Shown here in pieces: positions 51,309 through 60,484 of a stretch of 64,000 nucleotides of DNA (the stretch's first letter is position 1; each line of letters opens with the position of its first letter). Both the position numbers and the translations under genes were made by a program. The notes below the pieces were generated by a model. It was not told where the DNA came from. It was given only the letters and a program-made list of their open reading frames with translations, and ran no database searches. The stretch lies in NCBI RefSeq assembly GCF_028368995.1, contig NZ_JAQNDL010000001.1, forward strand, positions 1,568,001 to 1,632,000. The letters are read 5' to 3'. Source of the stretch: Nannocystis bainbridge. Lineage in GTDB: Bacteria; Myxococcota_A; Polyangia; Nannocystales; Nannocystaceae.

Positions 51309-54300
51309 ATGAGTCCGTTCTCGACGTTCGCGGGCATCGAGATCCGCTACCACCTGCGCCGGCCGGTCAACTACATCTTCATGGTCCTGATGCTGCTCGG
51401 GGGCTGGCTCTACACCGCCACCCCGTTCGCGTGGGCGGGGCCGTTCGGCGGGGCGGTCGACAACGACGCCCCACACAAGCTGAACACCATCGTCATGTTC
51501 ATGACGCTGTTCGGCGCGATCTTCACCCCCGCGATCGCCGGCACCGCGCTGCTGCGCGACTTCGAGTTTCGCAGCCACGAGCTGCTCTTCACCACCCGCC
51601 TGCGCAAGTTCGATTTCGTGCTCGGCCGCTTCCTCGGCGCGTGTCTGTTCACCGCCCTGGTCACCGGCTGCTCCGCGCTCGGCCTGTGGCTCGGCGCGCA
51701 CATGCCATGGGTCGACCCGGCCCGCCTCGGCCCCGGCGGCGCCCTCGCCTACGTGTGGCCGGTGCTCGTCTACGTGGTGCCCAACGCCTTTGTCACCTGC
51801 GCCGTCTTCATCGCCGTCGGCGTGCTGACCCGCAGCTTCCTCGCCGTCTACGTCGCCGGCATCGTCATGTTCGTCGGCCGCCAGATCGGCCTGAGCGTCA
51901 TGGACGGGGCCTTCCATGCCGGCCCGCAGATCGAGCGCATCATCGCCCTGATCGATCCGTTCGGCCTCGCGGCCAGCGGGCTCGTCACTCGCCACTGGAC
52001 GATCGACGAGCAGAACACGCGGCTCATCGCCGTTGTCGACGCCCTGCTGTGGAACCGCCTGCTGTGGCTCGCCCTCGGCGGCCTCTTGCTGCTCGTCGCC
52101 TATCGCTGGTTCCGCATGGAGGCGTCCCCAGGCGTGCGCCGTCGCGCCCGCTCGATCGTCGATCTGCCCGTCGTCGACCCGCACCGCCCCCCGCGGCCGC
52201 GACCGCCGGTCCGCCCGCGCTCGGGCCCCGCCGCCACCTGGGCCGCCTTCGTCGCCATGACGCGCCTCTACTTCCGCGACGTCACGCGGGCGCGCCCGTT
52301 TCAGGCGGTCGTCGCCGTGCTGCTGCTGTTCATGCTGCACGCCGTCGACCTCAACTTCCAGATGATGATCACGCTGCCCGTGACCCACACGATGGTGCTC
52401 ATCGTCCAGGAGTTCGGCCTGTTCTTCTCGATCCTGCTCGCGGTCTACGCCGGCCAGTTGATCTGGCGCGAGCGCGACCTGCACTGCGACCAGCTCCTCG
52501 ACGCCACGCCGGTCGCCTCGGTCGCGGTGATCGCCGCCAAGATCGCCGCCCTCCTGCTCGTCCAGATCGTGCTCCTGGGCCTGCTGCTCGGCTGCGGCGT
52601 GATCTTCCAGGCGCTGTCCGGGTACATGCATTTCGAGCTCCCGGTCTATTTCGGCCACCTCTTCGGCCTCGACGTCCCCAGGCACACGCTCACGATCCTG
52701 CTCGCGGTCGCCCTCCAGCTGCTGGTCCCGCACAAGGGCCTCGGCGTCGCCCTGCTGGTCGCCTATTACGTGCTGTTCCCCCTGCTCAAGGACATCGGGC
52801 TCGAGCACCGCCTGCTGCGCTACGCCGACCTGCCGCAGATCCTCTATTCGGACATGAACGGGTTCGGCCCCAACGTGTGGTCCTTCGCGGTCCTGTGGGC
52901 TTATTACTTCGCGTTCGCCATGCTCCTGCTGGCATTCGGGCGCCTGCTGCTCGTCCGCGGCACCCCGGGCGGCCTGCGCGCCCGCCTGCGCATCGCCAGG
53001 GGGCGGGCCACCGGGGCGTGGTGGCGATTCGTCGGCCTCGCCGCCGCCGCCTGGCTCGGCCTCGGGGCCTACGCCGCCCACAACTTCCACGTGCGCAACA
53101 CCTACGTGACCGAGCGCGGCGTCGAGGCGCTGCAGGCCGTGTACGAGCGCGCGTACAAACAATACGAGGGGCTGTTGCAGCCGCAGCTGGCCGCGGTCGA
53201 GCTCCGGATCGACCTGTCCCCCGAGACAGCCTCGGCGCGGGTCCGCGGCACTTACCGGATCGTCAATACGCACGAGGTCGCGGTGCCCGACGTCCACCTG
53301 CACCTCCCCGAAGAGGTGACGATCCACGCACTCTCGTTCGCCGGCGGCGCCACGCTCGTGCACGAGGATCCGCGGATCCGCCACCAGATCTGGCAGCTCG
53401 CGGCGCCGCTCGCCCCGGGCGCCGAGACGACCCTGCGCTTCGAGCTCGGCGTCGAGCGGACCGGCTTCGCCCACCGCGATCGTGACACCGAGATCCACGC
53501 CAACGGCGCGCTCCAGAGCGAGTCGCAGCTGCTGCCGTGGATCGGCTACGACCGCGACGGCGAGGTCGCGGACCGCGACGCGCGCCGGCGCCTCGGCCTG
53601 CCCGAGCGCGCCCGCATGCTGGCGGTCGACGACCCGCTGGCCAAGGGTGGCCTTGTCGTCCGCCACACCCACGCGCGCATCGATTTCTCGACCACCGTCT
53701 GCACCGCGCCCGACCAGATCGCCGTGGCCCCCGGCGCGCTCGTCCGCGAATGGCAGCAAGACGGCCGGCGCTGCTTCGCCTATGTCGTCGACAACCCGAT
53801 CCTCAACTCCTGGGTGGTGCAGTCGGCCCGCTACGAGGTGGCTCGCGAGCGCCACGCCGGCATCGACCTCGAGATCTACTATCACGCCGATCACCCCTAC
53901 AACATCGCGCGCATGATGACGGCGATGAAGCGGTCGCTCGATTATTATCAGGCCCAATTCACCCCGTACCAGGCGCGTCAGCTCCGCATCCTCGAGTTCC
54001 CGCGGCGGCACCAGGACTTCGCCATGGCCATGCCGGGCACCATCCCGTTCTCCGAGGGCATCGGCTTCATCCTCAAGTTCGACCCCGACGACGCGACCAC
54101 CTACGATCGCCCGTTCTGGATCACCGCCCACGAGGTCGCCCACCAGTGGTGGGGCCACCAGGTGTCGGCGCGCTTCGTCCAGGGCGGGACGATGGTGATC
54201 GAGTCGCTGTCCGAGTACTTTGCGATCCTGGTGATGGAGCAGGAGTACGGGATCGAAGGCGTGGCGCCGATGCTGCGCGAGAAGCTCGAGATCTACCTGC

Positions 54301-54926
54301 GGGGCCGCGCGCAGGAGCGCGAGCGCGAGGTCCCGCTGGTCCGCAGCGAGGGCCAGGAGTACATCCGCTACGCGAAGGGCATGATCGCGTTTTATGGCCT
54401 CGCCGACCTCGTCGGCAAGGACCGCGTCAACGCGGCGCTGGCCGAGTTCTTGCGCGCCCGCGGCTTCGGGCCCGTCCCGCAGCCGATCGCCGACGACGTG
54501 ATCGCGGCCCTGCGCGCCGTCACGCCGCCGCAATACCAGTACTTCATCACCGACACCTTCGAGACGATCACCCTCTACGACAACCGGATCTGCGACGCCG
54601 CCGTCACCGAGGAGCAGGGCCGATTCCGCGTGCGGGTCACCGCCTGCGCCCGCAAGGTCCGCGCCGACGAGCACGGCCGCGAGACCCCGGCGCCGCTGGC
54701 CGACACCATCGAAGTCGGCGTGTTCACGGCCCCGGGCCCGCGGCAGCTCCGGCTCGGCAAGCCGCTCGCGCTCGAGAAGCACGTGTTCACCTCGAAATCC
54801 GCCGACGACCCGGGCGCCGAGCTCGTGCTCGAGTTCGTGGTCGACGAGCGCCCCGCCGTGGTCGCCATCGACCCGTACTACAAGCTGATCGAGAGCCGGT
54901 CGAACGACAATTTCTTCGACCTGTGA
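51309..54926 (+). CDS. ABC-2-type permease fused to M1-family aminopeptidase
   Basis: Two multi-TM permease halves, then AHEVAHQWWG..ESLSEY..YAKG M1 motifs. Confidence 0.9.
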   Translation: MSPFSTFAGIEIRYHLRRPVNYIFMVLMLLGGWLYTATPFAWAGPFGGAVDNDAPHKLNTIVMFMTLFGAIFTPAIAGTALLRDFEFRSHELLFTTRLRKFDFVLGRFLGACLFTALVTGCSALGLWLGAHMPWVDPARLGPGGALAYVWPVLVYVVPNAFVTCAVFIAVGVLTRSFLAVYVAGIVMFVGRQIGLSVMDGAFHAGPQIERIIALIDPFGLAASGLVTRHWTIDEQNTRLIAVVDALLWNRLLWLALGGLLLLVAYRWFRMEASPGVRRRARSIVDLPVVDPHRPPRPRPPVRPRSGPAATWAAFVAMTRLYFRDVTRARPFQAVVAVLLLFMLHAVDLNFQMMITLPVTHTMVLIVQEFGLFFSILLAVYAGQLIWRERDLHCDQLLDATPVASVAVIAAKIAALLLVQIVLLGLLLGCGVIFQALSGYMHFELPVYFGHLFGLDVPRHTLTILLAVALQLLVPHKGLGVALLVAYYVLFPLLKDIGLEHRLLRYADLPQILYSDMNGFGPNVWSFAVLWAYYFAFAMLLLAFGRLLLVRGTPGGLRARLRIARGRATGAWWRFVGLAAAAWLGLGAYAAHNFHVRNTYVTERGVEALQAVYERAYKQYEGLLQPQLAAVELRIDLSPETASARVRGTYRIVNTHEVAVPDVHLHLPEEVTIHALSFAGGATLVHEDPRIRHQIWQLAAPLAPGAETTLRFELGVERTGFAHRDRDTEIHANGALQSESQLLPWIGYDRDGEVADRDARRRLGLPERARMLAVDDPLAKGGLVVRHTHARIDFSTTVCTAPDQIAVAPGALVREWQQDGRRCFAYVVDNPILNSWVVQSARYEVARERHAGIDLEIYYHADHPYNIARMMTAMKRSLDYYQAQFTPYQARQLRILEFPRRHQDFAMAMPGTIPFSEGIGFILKFDPDDATTYDRPFWITAHEVAHQWWGHQVSARFVQGGTMVIESLSEYFAILVMEQEYGIEGVAPMLREKLEIYLRGRAQEREREVPLVRSEGQEYIRYAKGMIAFYGLADLVGKDRVNAALAEFLRARGFGPVPQPIADDVIAALRAVTPPQYQYFITDTFETITLYDNRICDAAVTEEQGRFRVRVTACARKVRADEHGRETPAPLADTIEVGVFTAPGPRQLRLGKPLALEKHVFTSKSADDPGAELVLEFVVDERPAVVAIDPYYKLIESRSNDNFFDL

Positions 54927-55033
54927 CGCCCGCGGCCCGGCGCGGGCGATGCCGCGTCCTCACGGCATCGTCCGCCGGGTCGGGGCATCGTCGGCGCCGG
55001 GCGGCCGACCTGCGACAGTCGGCCCGACGCGCC

Positions 55034-55468
55034 TCATTTCTTCTGCTGCTGCTCGAGCTCGGCGCGGAGGCGGTCCTCCTGCGCGCGAATCTCCGGCGTG
55101 TATTCCTCGCCGAAGTCCTCCGCCTCGAAGATCGGCCGGATCTCGAGCTCGGCCTCCTCGTTCGGCATCGGCTCCGGGCAGCGGCGCGCCCACTCGACCG
55201 CCTCGTCCATCGATCGCACCTGCCAGATCCAGTAGCCGGCCACCAGCTCCTTGGTCTCGGCGAATGGACCGTCGATCACGTCGCGCGTCTTACCCGAGAT
55301 CCGGATCCGCTTGCCCTTCACGCTCGGGTGCAGGCCGTCGCCGCCCAGCATCACGCCCGCCTTGACCAGCGCCTCGTTGTAGTTGCCCATCTCGGCCATC
55401 AGCTTCTCGCTCGGCATGACGCCCGCTTCGCTGTTCTTCGTGGCCTTTACGATCACCATGACCTTCAT
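55034..55468 (-). CDS. YciI/DGPF-family protein
   Basis: GDGLHPS, IDGPFAETKELVAGYW, EIRP; AAGGA RBS. Confidence 0.92.
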   Translation of the reverse strand: MKVMVIVKATKNSEAGVMPSEKLMAEMGNYNEALVKAGVMLGGDGLHPSVKGKRIRISGKTRDVIDGPFAETKELVAGYWIWQVRSMDEAVEWARRCPEPMPNEEAELEIRPIFEAEDFGEEYTPEIRAQEDRLRAELEQQQKK

Positions 55469-55747
55469 CGTCGTGTCCTTTCGCTGCGGCACCGCGCCGG
55501 TGCCGGTAGGTTGTTCGTACACGCGACGAACGGCCAGCCGCCAGATCGACACGGCCTCGACGAATTTTTTCGTCGGCCCGCGCGGTGGGCGAAATTCTGT
55601 TTCATGACGATGATTTATGCGATCCGCCCCGGACCGCTGCGGCCTGAGCCGTGGCGCCTCGCGCCGGGCCCCTCCCCAGGTCCCTCGCCCGCGGCCGAGT
55701 CCGCGGAGACGACGCGGTTCATCTCCCGCCATCCCGGCGCGAACCAC

Positions 55748-55785
55748 AAGGCTGTCTTTTAAGGCATGTCCTTCCAGACATGAAA
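55748..55785. repeat. 14-bp-phased array (3 units)
   Basis: Cores GCTG 55751, CATG 55765, CATG 55779. Confidence 0.75.
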
Positions 55786-55860
55786 CGAGACCCTCGCCGC
55801 GCAGATCCGAGCCATGATCGTCTGTCACGCCCGGGCCCGCTTTGTTAGCCTCGCCGGACG

Positions 55861-56466
55861 ATGAGCAAGGGCAAGAGCATCCACGGGTGCGTCGAGGGCG
55901 ACCTGACCGCCGACGAGGACGAATACCCGCACGGCCTGCCGACCGAGATCCGGCCGCCGAAGTTGTTCCGCGACGGCGGCTTCGAGCCGCGCGGCGGCCT
56001 CGTGCTCGCCGTCAAGACCCCGCTCGGCACCTACGGCATGGGCGGCCCCGGCTTCCTCGGCATCCAAGTCGGCGGCGGCCGCCCGCACGAGCCGCGCTGG
56101 CTCGTCGTGACGCTGTGGGCCGCGGCGGGCTGGGCCACGATCGACGGCGACCTCGTGAGCGAAGAATTCTTCGAGTGCGACCGCATCGCGCTCGCGGCCG
56201 CGGGGCGTCGCTTTCGCAGCATCACGACGGCGCTCACCGGGACCACGCTGATCGCCGCCGATTGCAGCGACGACCTGCTGGTGCTGGTGTTCGAGCGAGA
56301 CGGTGCGCGCCAGCGCCTCGAGATCTGGCGCGACGGCCGGGACGTGCCGCCGTGGCGCGGCAGCGGCCAGCCGCGCACGCTCGGGCCCGACGAGTCGATG
56401 CGCGACGCCGTGGTCGTCAGCGAGTCCGGCTACCTGTGGACAGCGGACGACGACGACGACGAGTGA
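55861..56466 (+). CDS. Hypothetical protein
   Basis: GC-rich third positions, LGTYGMGGPGFLG motif, acidic tail. Confidence 0.65.
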   Translation: MSKGKSIHGCVEGDLTADEDEYPHGLPTEIRPPKLFRDGGFEPRGGLVLAVKTPLGTYGMGGPGFLGIQVGGGRPHEPRWLVVTLWAAAGWATIDGDLVSEEFFECDRIALAAAGRRFRSITTALTGTTLIAADCSDDLLVLVFERDGARQRLEIWRDGRDVPPWRGSGQPRTLGPDESMRDAVVVSESGYLWTADDDDDE

Positions 56467-56482
56467 GCCGCGCTCGCCTGCT

Positions 56483-56872
56483 TCACTGCGCCACGCGCAG
56501 GCGGACCTCGATGTCGATGTCCCAGCCCGAGGTCTCGTTGTTGGTGAGGCGGTAGAGCGTGCCGTACTCGATGCGGCGGATGATGTAGCTGGTGGTCCGC
56601 TGGCCGCCGCGCGGCCCCTGCGTCACCTTGACCTCGATCTGGCTCGGCCCGCGCAGGACCACGAAGTCGCCGCGGTCTCCCAGCCGAATGGCGTCGTTCT
56701 CGACCGAGTCCAGCCCCTGGCTGTCGTCGATGTAGTCGAGGATCGAGGTCATCGCGCGGGCGTCCTCGGCGTCGGGCTCGGCCGCGATCGCGGGGGCGGA
56801 CAGGGCGACCAGGGCGACCAGCAGCGCCGCGGGGCCAGCTTTCGTGGTGATGTCGAAGATCCACATGAGCAT
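56483..56872 (-). CDS. Small secreted hypothetical protein
   Basis: AAGGAG RBS, signal peptide AIA-AE. Confidence 0.65.
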   Translation of the reverse strand: MLMWIFDITTKAGPAALLVALVALSAPAIAAEPDAEDARAMTSILDYIDDSQGLDSVENDAIRLGDRGDFVVLRGPSQIEVKVTQGPRGGQRTTSYIIRRIEYGTLYRLTNNETSGWDIDIEVRLRVAQ

Positions 56873-57552
56873 CGTCTCCTTGCGAAAATCGCGGGCGCCG
56901 CCCAATCGACGGCCCCGCAAGATTGAGCCGACCCGCGCTGGCGTCCAGCGAACGGCCGCAGAAATCAGCGCCTGTCCGCCCGCCGCGAGCGTCCGCTCGC
57001 ACGCCCGGCCCGCGCCCCTCGGCCGCTCGGATCGAGTCGCGGCGCTCGTCGCGATTGCATGGACTCGATCGATCGCCGAACACCGACAATCACAGCACCG
57101 CATGCCCCCGATCCCGGGGACTCTTATCGCGCTGCGGATCTCCGACCACGGTTCATTTCGACGTGAGGATGCGCCCGCGCCGCAAGCCGATCTCCCGCGC
57201 CACGATCGACGCGCTGCGGCCTGACGACCCTATGCATATCCGCGCCGGTGACATCGCGGCAATTGGCGAGAGCGCGCGTCGGTGGCGGATCGGCGCTTGT
57301 GCCATTCGCGCACCGCGAATTCGTGCTGCATTCGCCCGCGGCTCTCGTCGCGCCCCCGGCGGACCCGGGCGCGGGGCGGGCTCTGCAGCCATTCGCTGCC
57401 GCGCACGCGCGACGAAAGGGCGCCCGCGGGCCGGGGTTTCACGCGCGCCAGCGGATGTTCCTCTCGCGCGATTGCATCGAAGGACCCTGGTCACTGGCAT
57501 TTCGGATCCTATCCTTCATGACCCTTTTCCAACCAAAGGGTTCGGAGACATC

Positions 57553-58269
57553 ATGCGAAAATACCTTAGGCATCTCACCCACCTCACCCTCGTTCTCACC
57601 GCTTTCGCCGCCTGCGATTCCGGGGACATCACGCCGCGCGAGGCCGATCCGCTGGTCTGCGGCGGCTTCGCGGGCCTCGAATGCCCGGCCGGCCTCGTCT
57701 GCGTCGACGACCCGAGCGACGATTGCGACCCGCTCAAGGGCGGCGCCGATTGCATCGGCATCTGCGAGGACCCCGGCCCCGCGACCTGCGGCGGCTTCCT
57801 CGGAACCGAATGCCCCGAAGGACAGGTCTGCGTCGACGACCCGAACGACGATTGCGACCCGCAGAACGGCGGCGCCGACTGCATCGGCGTCTGCGAGGAG
57901 GCCCCCGCGACCTGCGGCGGCTTCCTCGGCACCGAATGCCCCGACGGCCAGGTCTGCGTCGACGACCCGAACGACGATTGCGACCCGCAGAACGGCGGCT
58001 CCGACTGCATCGGCGTCTGCGAGGACGGCCCGGCCGTGTGCGGCGGGATCCTCGGCACCGCCTGCCCCAAGGGCCAGACCTGCGTCGACGACCCCAGCGA
58101 CGACTGCGACCCGGAGAAGGGCGGGGACGACTGCATCGGCGTCTGCACCGACTCCGGCCGGGTGTACGTGAACCACGATCCGGCCGCCTGCCTGGCGATC
58201 AAGTTCGCGTGCCCCAAGGGCATGAAGCACTTCTTCGACGCGACCGGCTGCGGCTGCGAGCCGGAGTGA
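57553..58269 (+). CDS. Lipoprotein with four tandem 6-Cys repeats (CGGFxGxxCPxGxxCVDDPxDDCDPxxGGADCIGxC)
   Basis: FAAC lipobox; repeats start at 57658, 57787, 57913, 58039. Confidence 0.88.
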   Translation: MRKYLRHLTHLTLVLTAFAACDSGDITPREADPLVCGGFAGLECPAGLVCVDDPSDDCDPLKGGADCIGICEDPGPATCGGFLGTECPEGQVCVDDPNDDCDPQNGGADCIGVCEEAPATCGGFLGTECPDGQVCVDDPNDDCDPQNGGSDCIGVCEDGPAVCGGILGTACPKGQTCVDDPSDDCDPEKGGDDCIGVCTDSGRVYVNHDPAACLAIKFACPKGMKHFFDATGCGCEPE

Positions 58270-58428
58270 GCCTGGCGACGCGGCGATCCTGACCGCGCAC
58301 CGGGCCGCCCAGCCCGCCTTTGCGCGGCCCCGGACGGTCCAGCCCGCCCGCGCGCGCGCGGCGGCGTGTCCAACGGCACGCCGCCGCGCGCCCCGCGGGC
58401 GTTTTTAATCGGGTAGACGTTGCCGCGC

Positions 58429-60141
58429 ATGAGCGACGACGAAGACCTCCCCCCGCCGACCGGCTTCGCCGCGCTCGACCTGCCCGAGCCGCTCCTCAAG
58501 GCCCTGAGCGACGTCGGCTACGAGACGCCGTCACCGATCCAGTCGCAGACGATCCCGCACCTGCTGGCCGGACGCGACCTGCTCGGCCAGGCCCAGACCG
58601 GCACCGGCAAGACCGCGGCGTTCGCCCTGCCGATCCTCGCGCGCCTCGACCGGACCCGGCCGACCCTGCAGGCGCTGGTGCTCACGCCCACGCGCGAGCT
58701 GGCGATCCAGGTCGCCGAGGCGCTGCACCGCTACGCCGCCCACATGCCGGGCTTCCGCGTGCTGCCGATCTACGGCGGCCAGAGCTACGGCCCGCAGCTG
58801 CAAGCGCTCGGGCGCGGGGTCCATGTCGTCGTCGGCACCCCGGGGCGCATCATCGATCACCTCGGCCGCGGCTCGCTCGACCTGACGCAGCTGCGCCAGG
58901 TCGTGCTCGACGAGGCCGACGAGATGCTGCGCATGGGCTTCATCGACGACGTCGAGCACATCCTGCGCGCGACCCCGGCCGCGCGGCAGACCGCGCTGTT
59001 CTCGGCCACCCTGCCGCCGCCGATCCGGCGGATCGCCCAGACCTACCTGCGCGACCCGGTCGAGGTCACGATCGCCGGCAAGAGCCGCACCGCCGACAAC
59101 ATCCGCCAGCGCTACTGGGTCGTCAGCGGCATGCACAAGCTCGACGCGCTGACGCGGATCCTCGAGGCCGAGACGTTCGACGCGATGATCGTGTTCGCCC
59201 GCACCAAGGTCGCCACCGACGACCTGGCCGAGCGCCTGCAGGCCCGCGGCTTCGCGGCCGCGGCGATCAACGGCGACATCCCGCAGGCCCAGCGCGAGCG
59301 CACGATCGCCATGCTGCGCGACGGCGCGATCGACATCCTCGTCGCCACCGACGTCGCCGCCCGCGGGCTCGACGTCGACCGCATCAGCCACGTCATGAAC
59401 TACGACGTGCCGACCGACCCGGAGAGCTACGTCCACCGGATCGGCCGCACGGGCCGCGCCGGCCGCAGCGGCGAGGCGGTCCTGTTCATCGCCCCGCGCG
59501 AGCGCGGCCTGCTGCGCATGATCGAGCGCGCGACCCGACAGCCGATCACGCCGATGGAGCTGCCGACCATCAAGATGGTCAACGACGTGCGGCTGGCGCG
59601 GTTCAAGCAGCAGATCCGCGACAGCATCGCCGCTGGCGGCCTCGAGCCGTTCCAGAACGCGATCGAGGAGCTCGAGAAGGAGGACAACATCCCCGCGCTC
59701 GAGATCGCGGCCGCCCTGGCCAAGATGGTCCGCAAGGGCGAGCCGTTCATGCTGGCGGCCGAGCGCCGCGAGCCCGAGGAGCGGCACACGCACGAGGAGC
59801 GGCCGCCGGCGCGCGGCCCCGACCCCGGCATGGCCGCCTACCGCGTCGAGGTCGGCCACCTCCACGGCCTCCGGCCCGGCAACCTGGTCGGCGCGATCGC
59901 CAACGAGGCCCGGCTGACGAGCAAGCAGATCGGCCGCATCGACATCCAGAAGGACCACGCCTTCGTCGAGCTGCCCGCCGAGCTGCCCGACGAGCTGCTG
60001 CAGCACCTGAAGAACGTGTGGGTCGCCGGCGGCCAGCTGCGGATCACCCGCGACGGCGAGCCGCCCGACGACGAGGGCAAGCGCCCGCCCAAGCGCAACC
60101 TGCTGCGCGGGCGCCTGTTCGGCAAGCCGCGCCGGAACTGA
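58429..60141 (+). CDS. deaD: DEAD-box RNA helicase DeaD/CsdA
   Basis: AQTGTGKT, PTRELA, DEADEML.MGF, SAT, HRIGRTGRAG, DbpA-type RNA-binding tail (GNLVGAIANE). Confidence 0.93.
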   Translation: MSDDEDLPPPTGFAALDLPEPLLKALSDVGYETPSPIQSQTIPHLLAGRDLLGQAQTGTGKTAAFALPILARLDRTRPTLQALVLTPTRELAIQVAEALHRYAAHMPGFRVLPIYGGQSYGPQLQALGRGVHVVVGTPGRIIDHLGRGSLDLTQLRQVVLDEADEMLRMGFIDDVEHILRATPAARQTALFSATLPPPIRRIAQTYLRDPVEVTIAGKSRTADNIRQRYWVVSGMHKLDALTRILEAETFDAMIVFARTKVATDDLAERLQARGFAAAAINGDIPQAQRERTIAMLRDGAIDILVATDVAARGLDVDRISHVMNYDVPTDPESYVHRIGRTGRAGRSGEAVLFIAPRERGLLRMIERATRQPITPMELPTIKMVNDVRLARFKQQIRDSIAAGGLEPFQNAIEELEKEDNIPALEIAAALAKMVRKGEPFMLAAERREPEERHTHEERPPARGPDPGMAAYRVEVGHLHGLRPGNLVGAIANEARLTSKQIGRIDIQKDHAFVELPAELPDELLQHLKNVWVAGGQLRITRDGEPPDDEGKRPPKRNLLRGRLFGKPRRN

Positions 60142-60170
60142 GCCGCACGAGCGGCCGCCGATGACACGAG

Positions 60171-60236
60171 AGACATGTCCTAACGGACATGTCTCTTTTC
60201 ATATGTCTGTCGAGGCATGTCCTCTCGAACATGTCC
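60171..60236. repeat. 14-bp-phased RRRCATGYYY array (5 units)
   Basis: Cores at 60174, 60188, 60202 (TATG), 60216, 60230. Confidence 0.92.
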
Positions 60237-60269
60237 CGAGACGCTGCGAGGCGGGCTCGCGCGCCGCTC

Positions 60270-60425
60270 GCCGTCGGCCGCGCCCGACCCGCCTTCGCCC
60301 GCGACCTCGACCGGGGCACGGCGATCGCCCCGAGCTTCCGCGACGCGGTCAAGCTGCACCACCTCGTCGACACCATCGCCGAGGCGTCCGCCAGCGGCCA
60401 GCGCAAGCTGTGGCAGCGACCGTAA
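60270..60425 (+). pseudogene. 3' remnant of a Gfo/Idh/MocA-like oxidoreductase
   Basis: AFARDLDRGTAIAPSFRDAVKLHHLVDTIAEASASGQR resembles the family C-terminus; no N-terminal Rossmann part. Confidence 0.55.
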
Positions 60426-60484
60426 AACCAATGCCATGAGCCGCACGCGATCGCCGGTCCGCGGCGTGTGGTAGCGTGGCCGCG

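Noticed and set aside
51216-54782. 1188-aa minus-strand ORF
   Set aside because: Antisense shadow of the permease-M1 peptidase gene.
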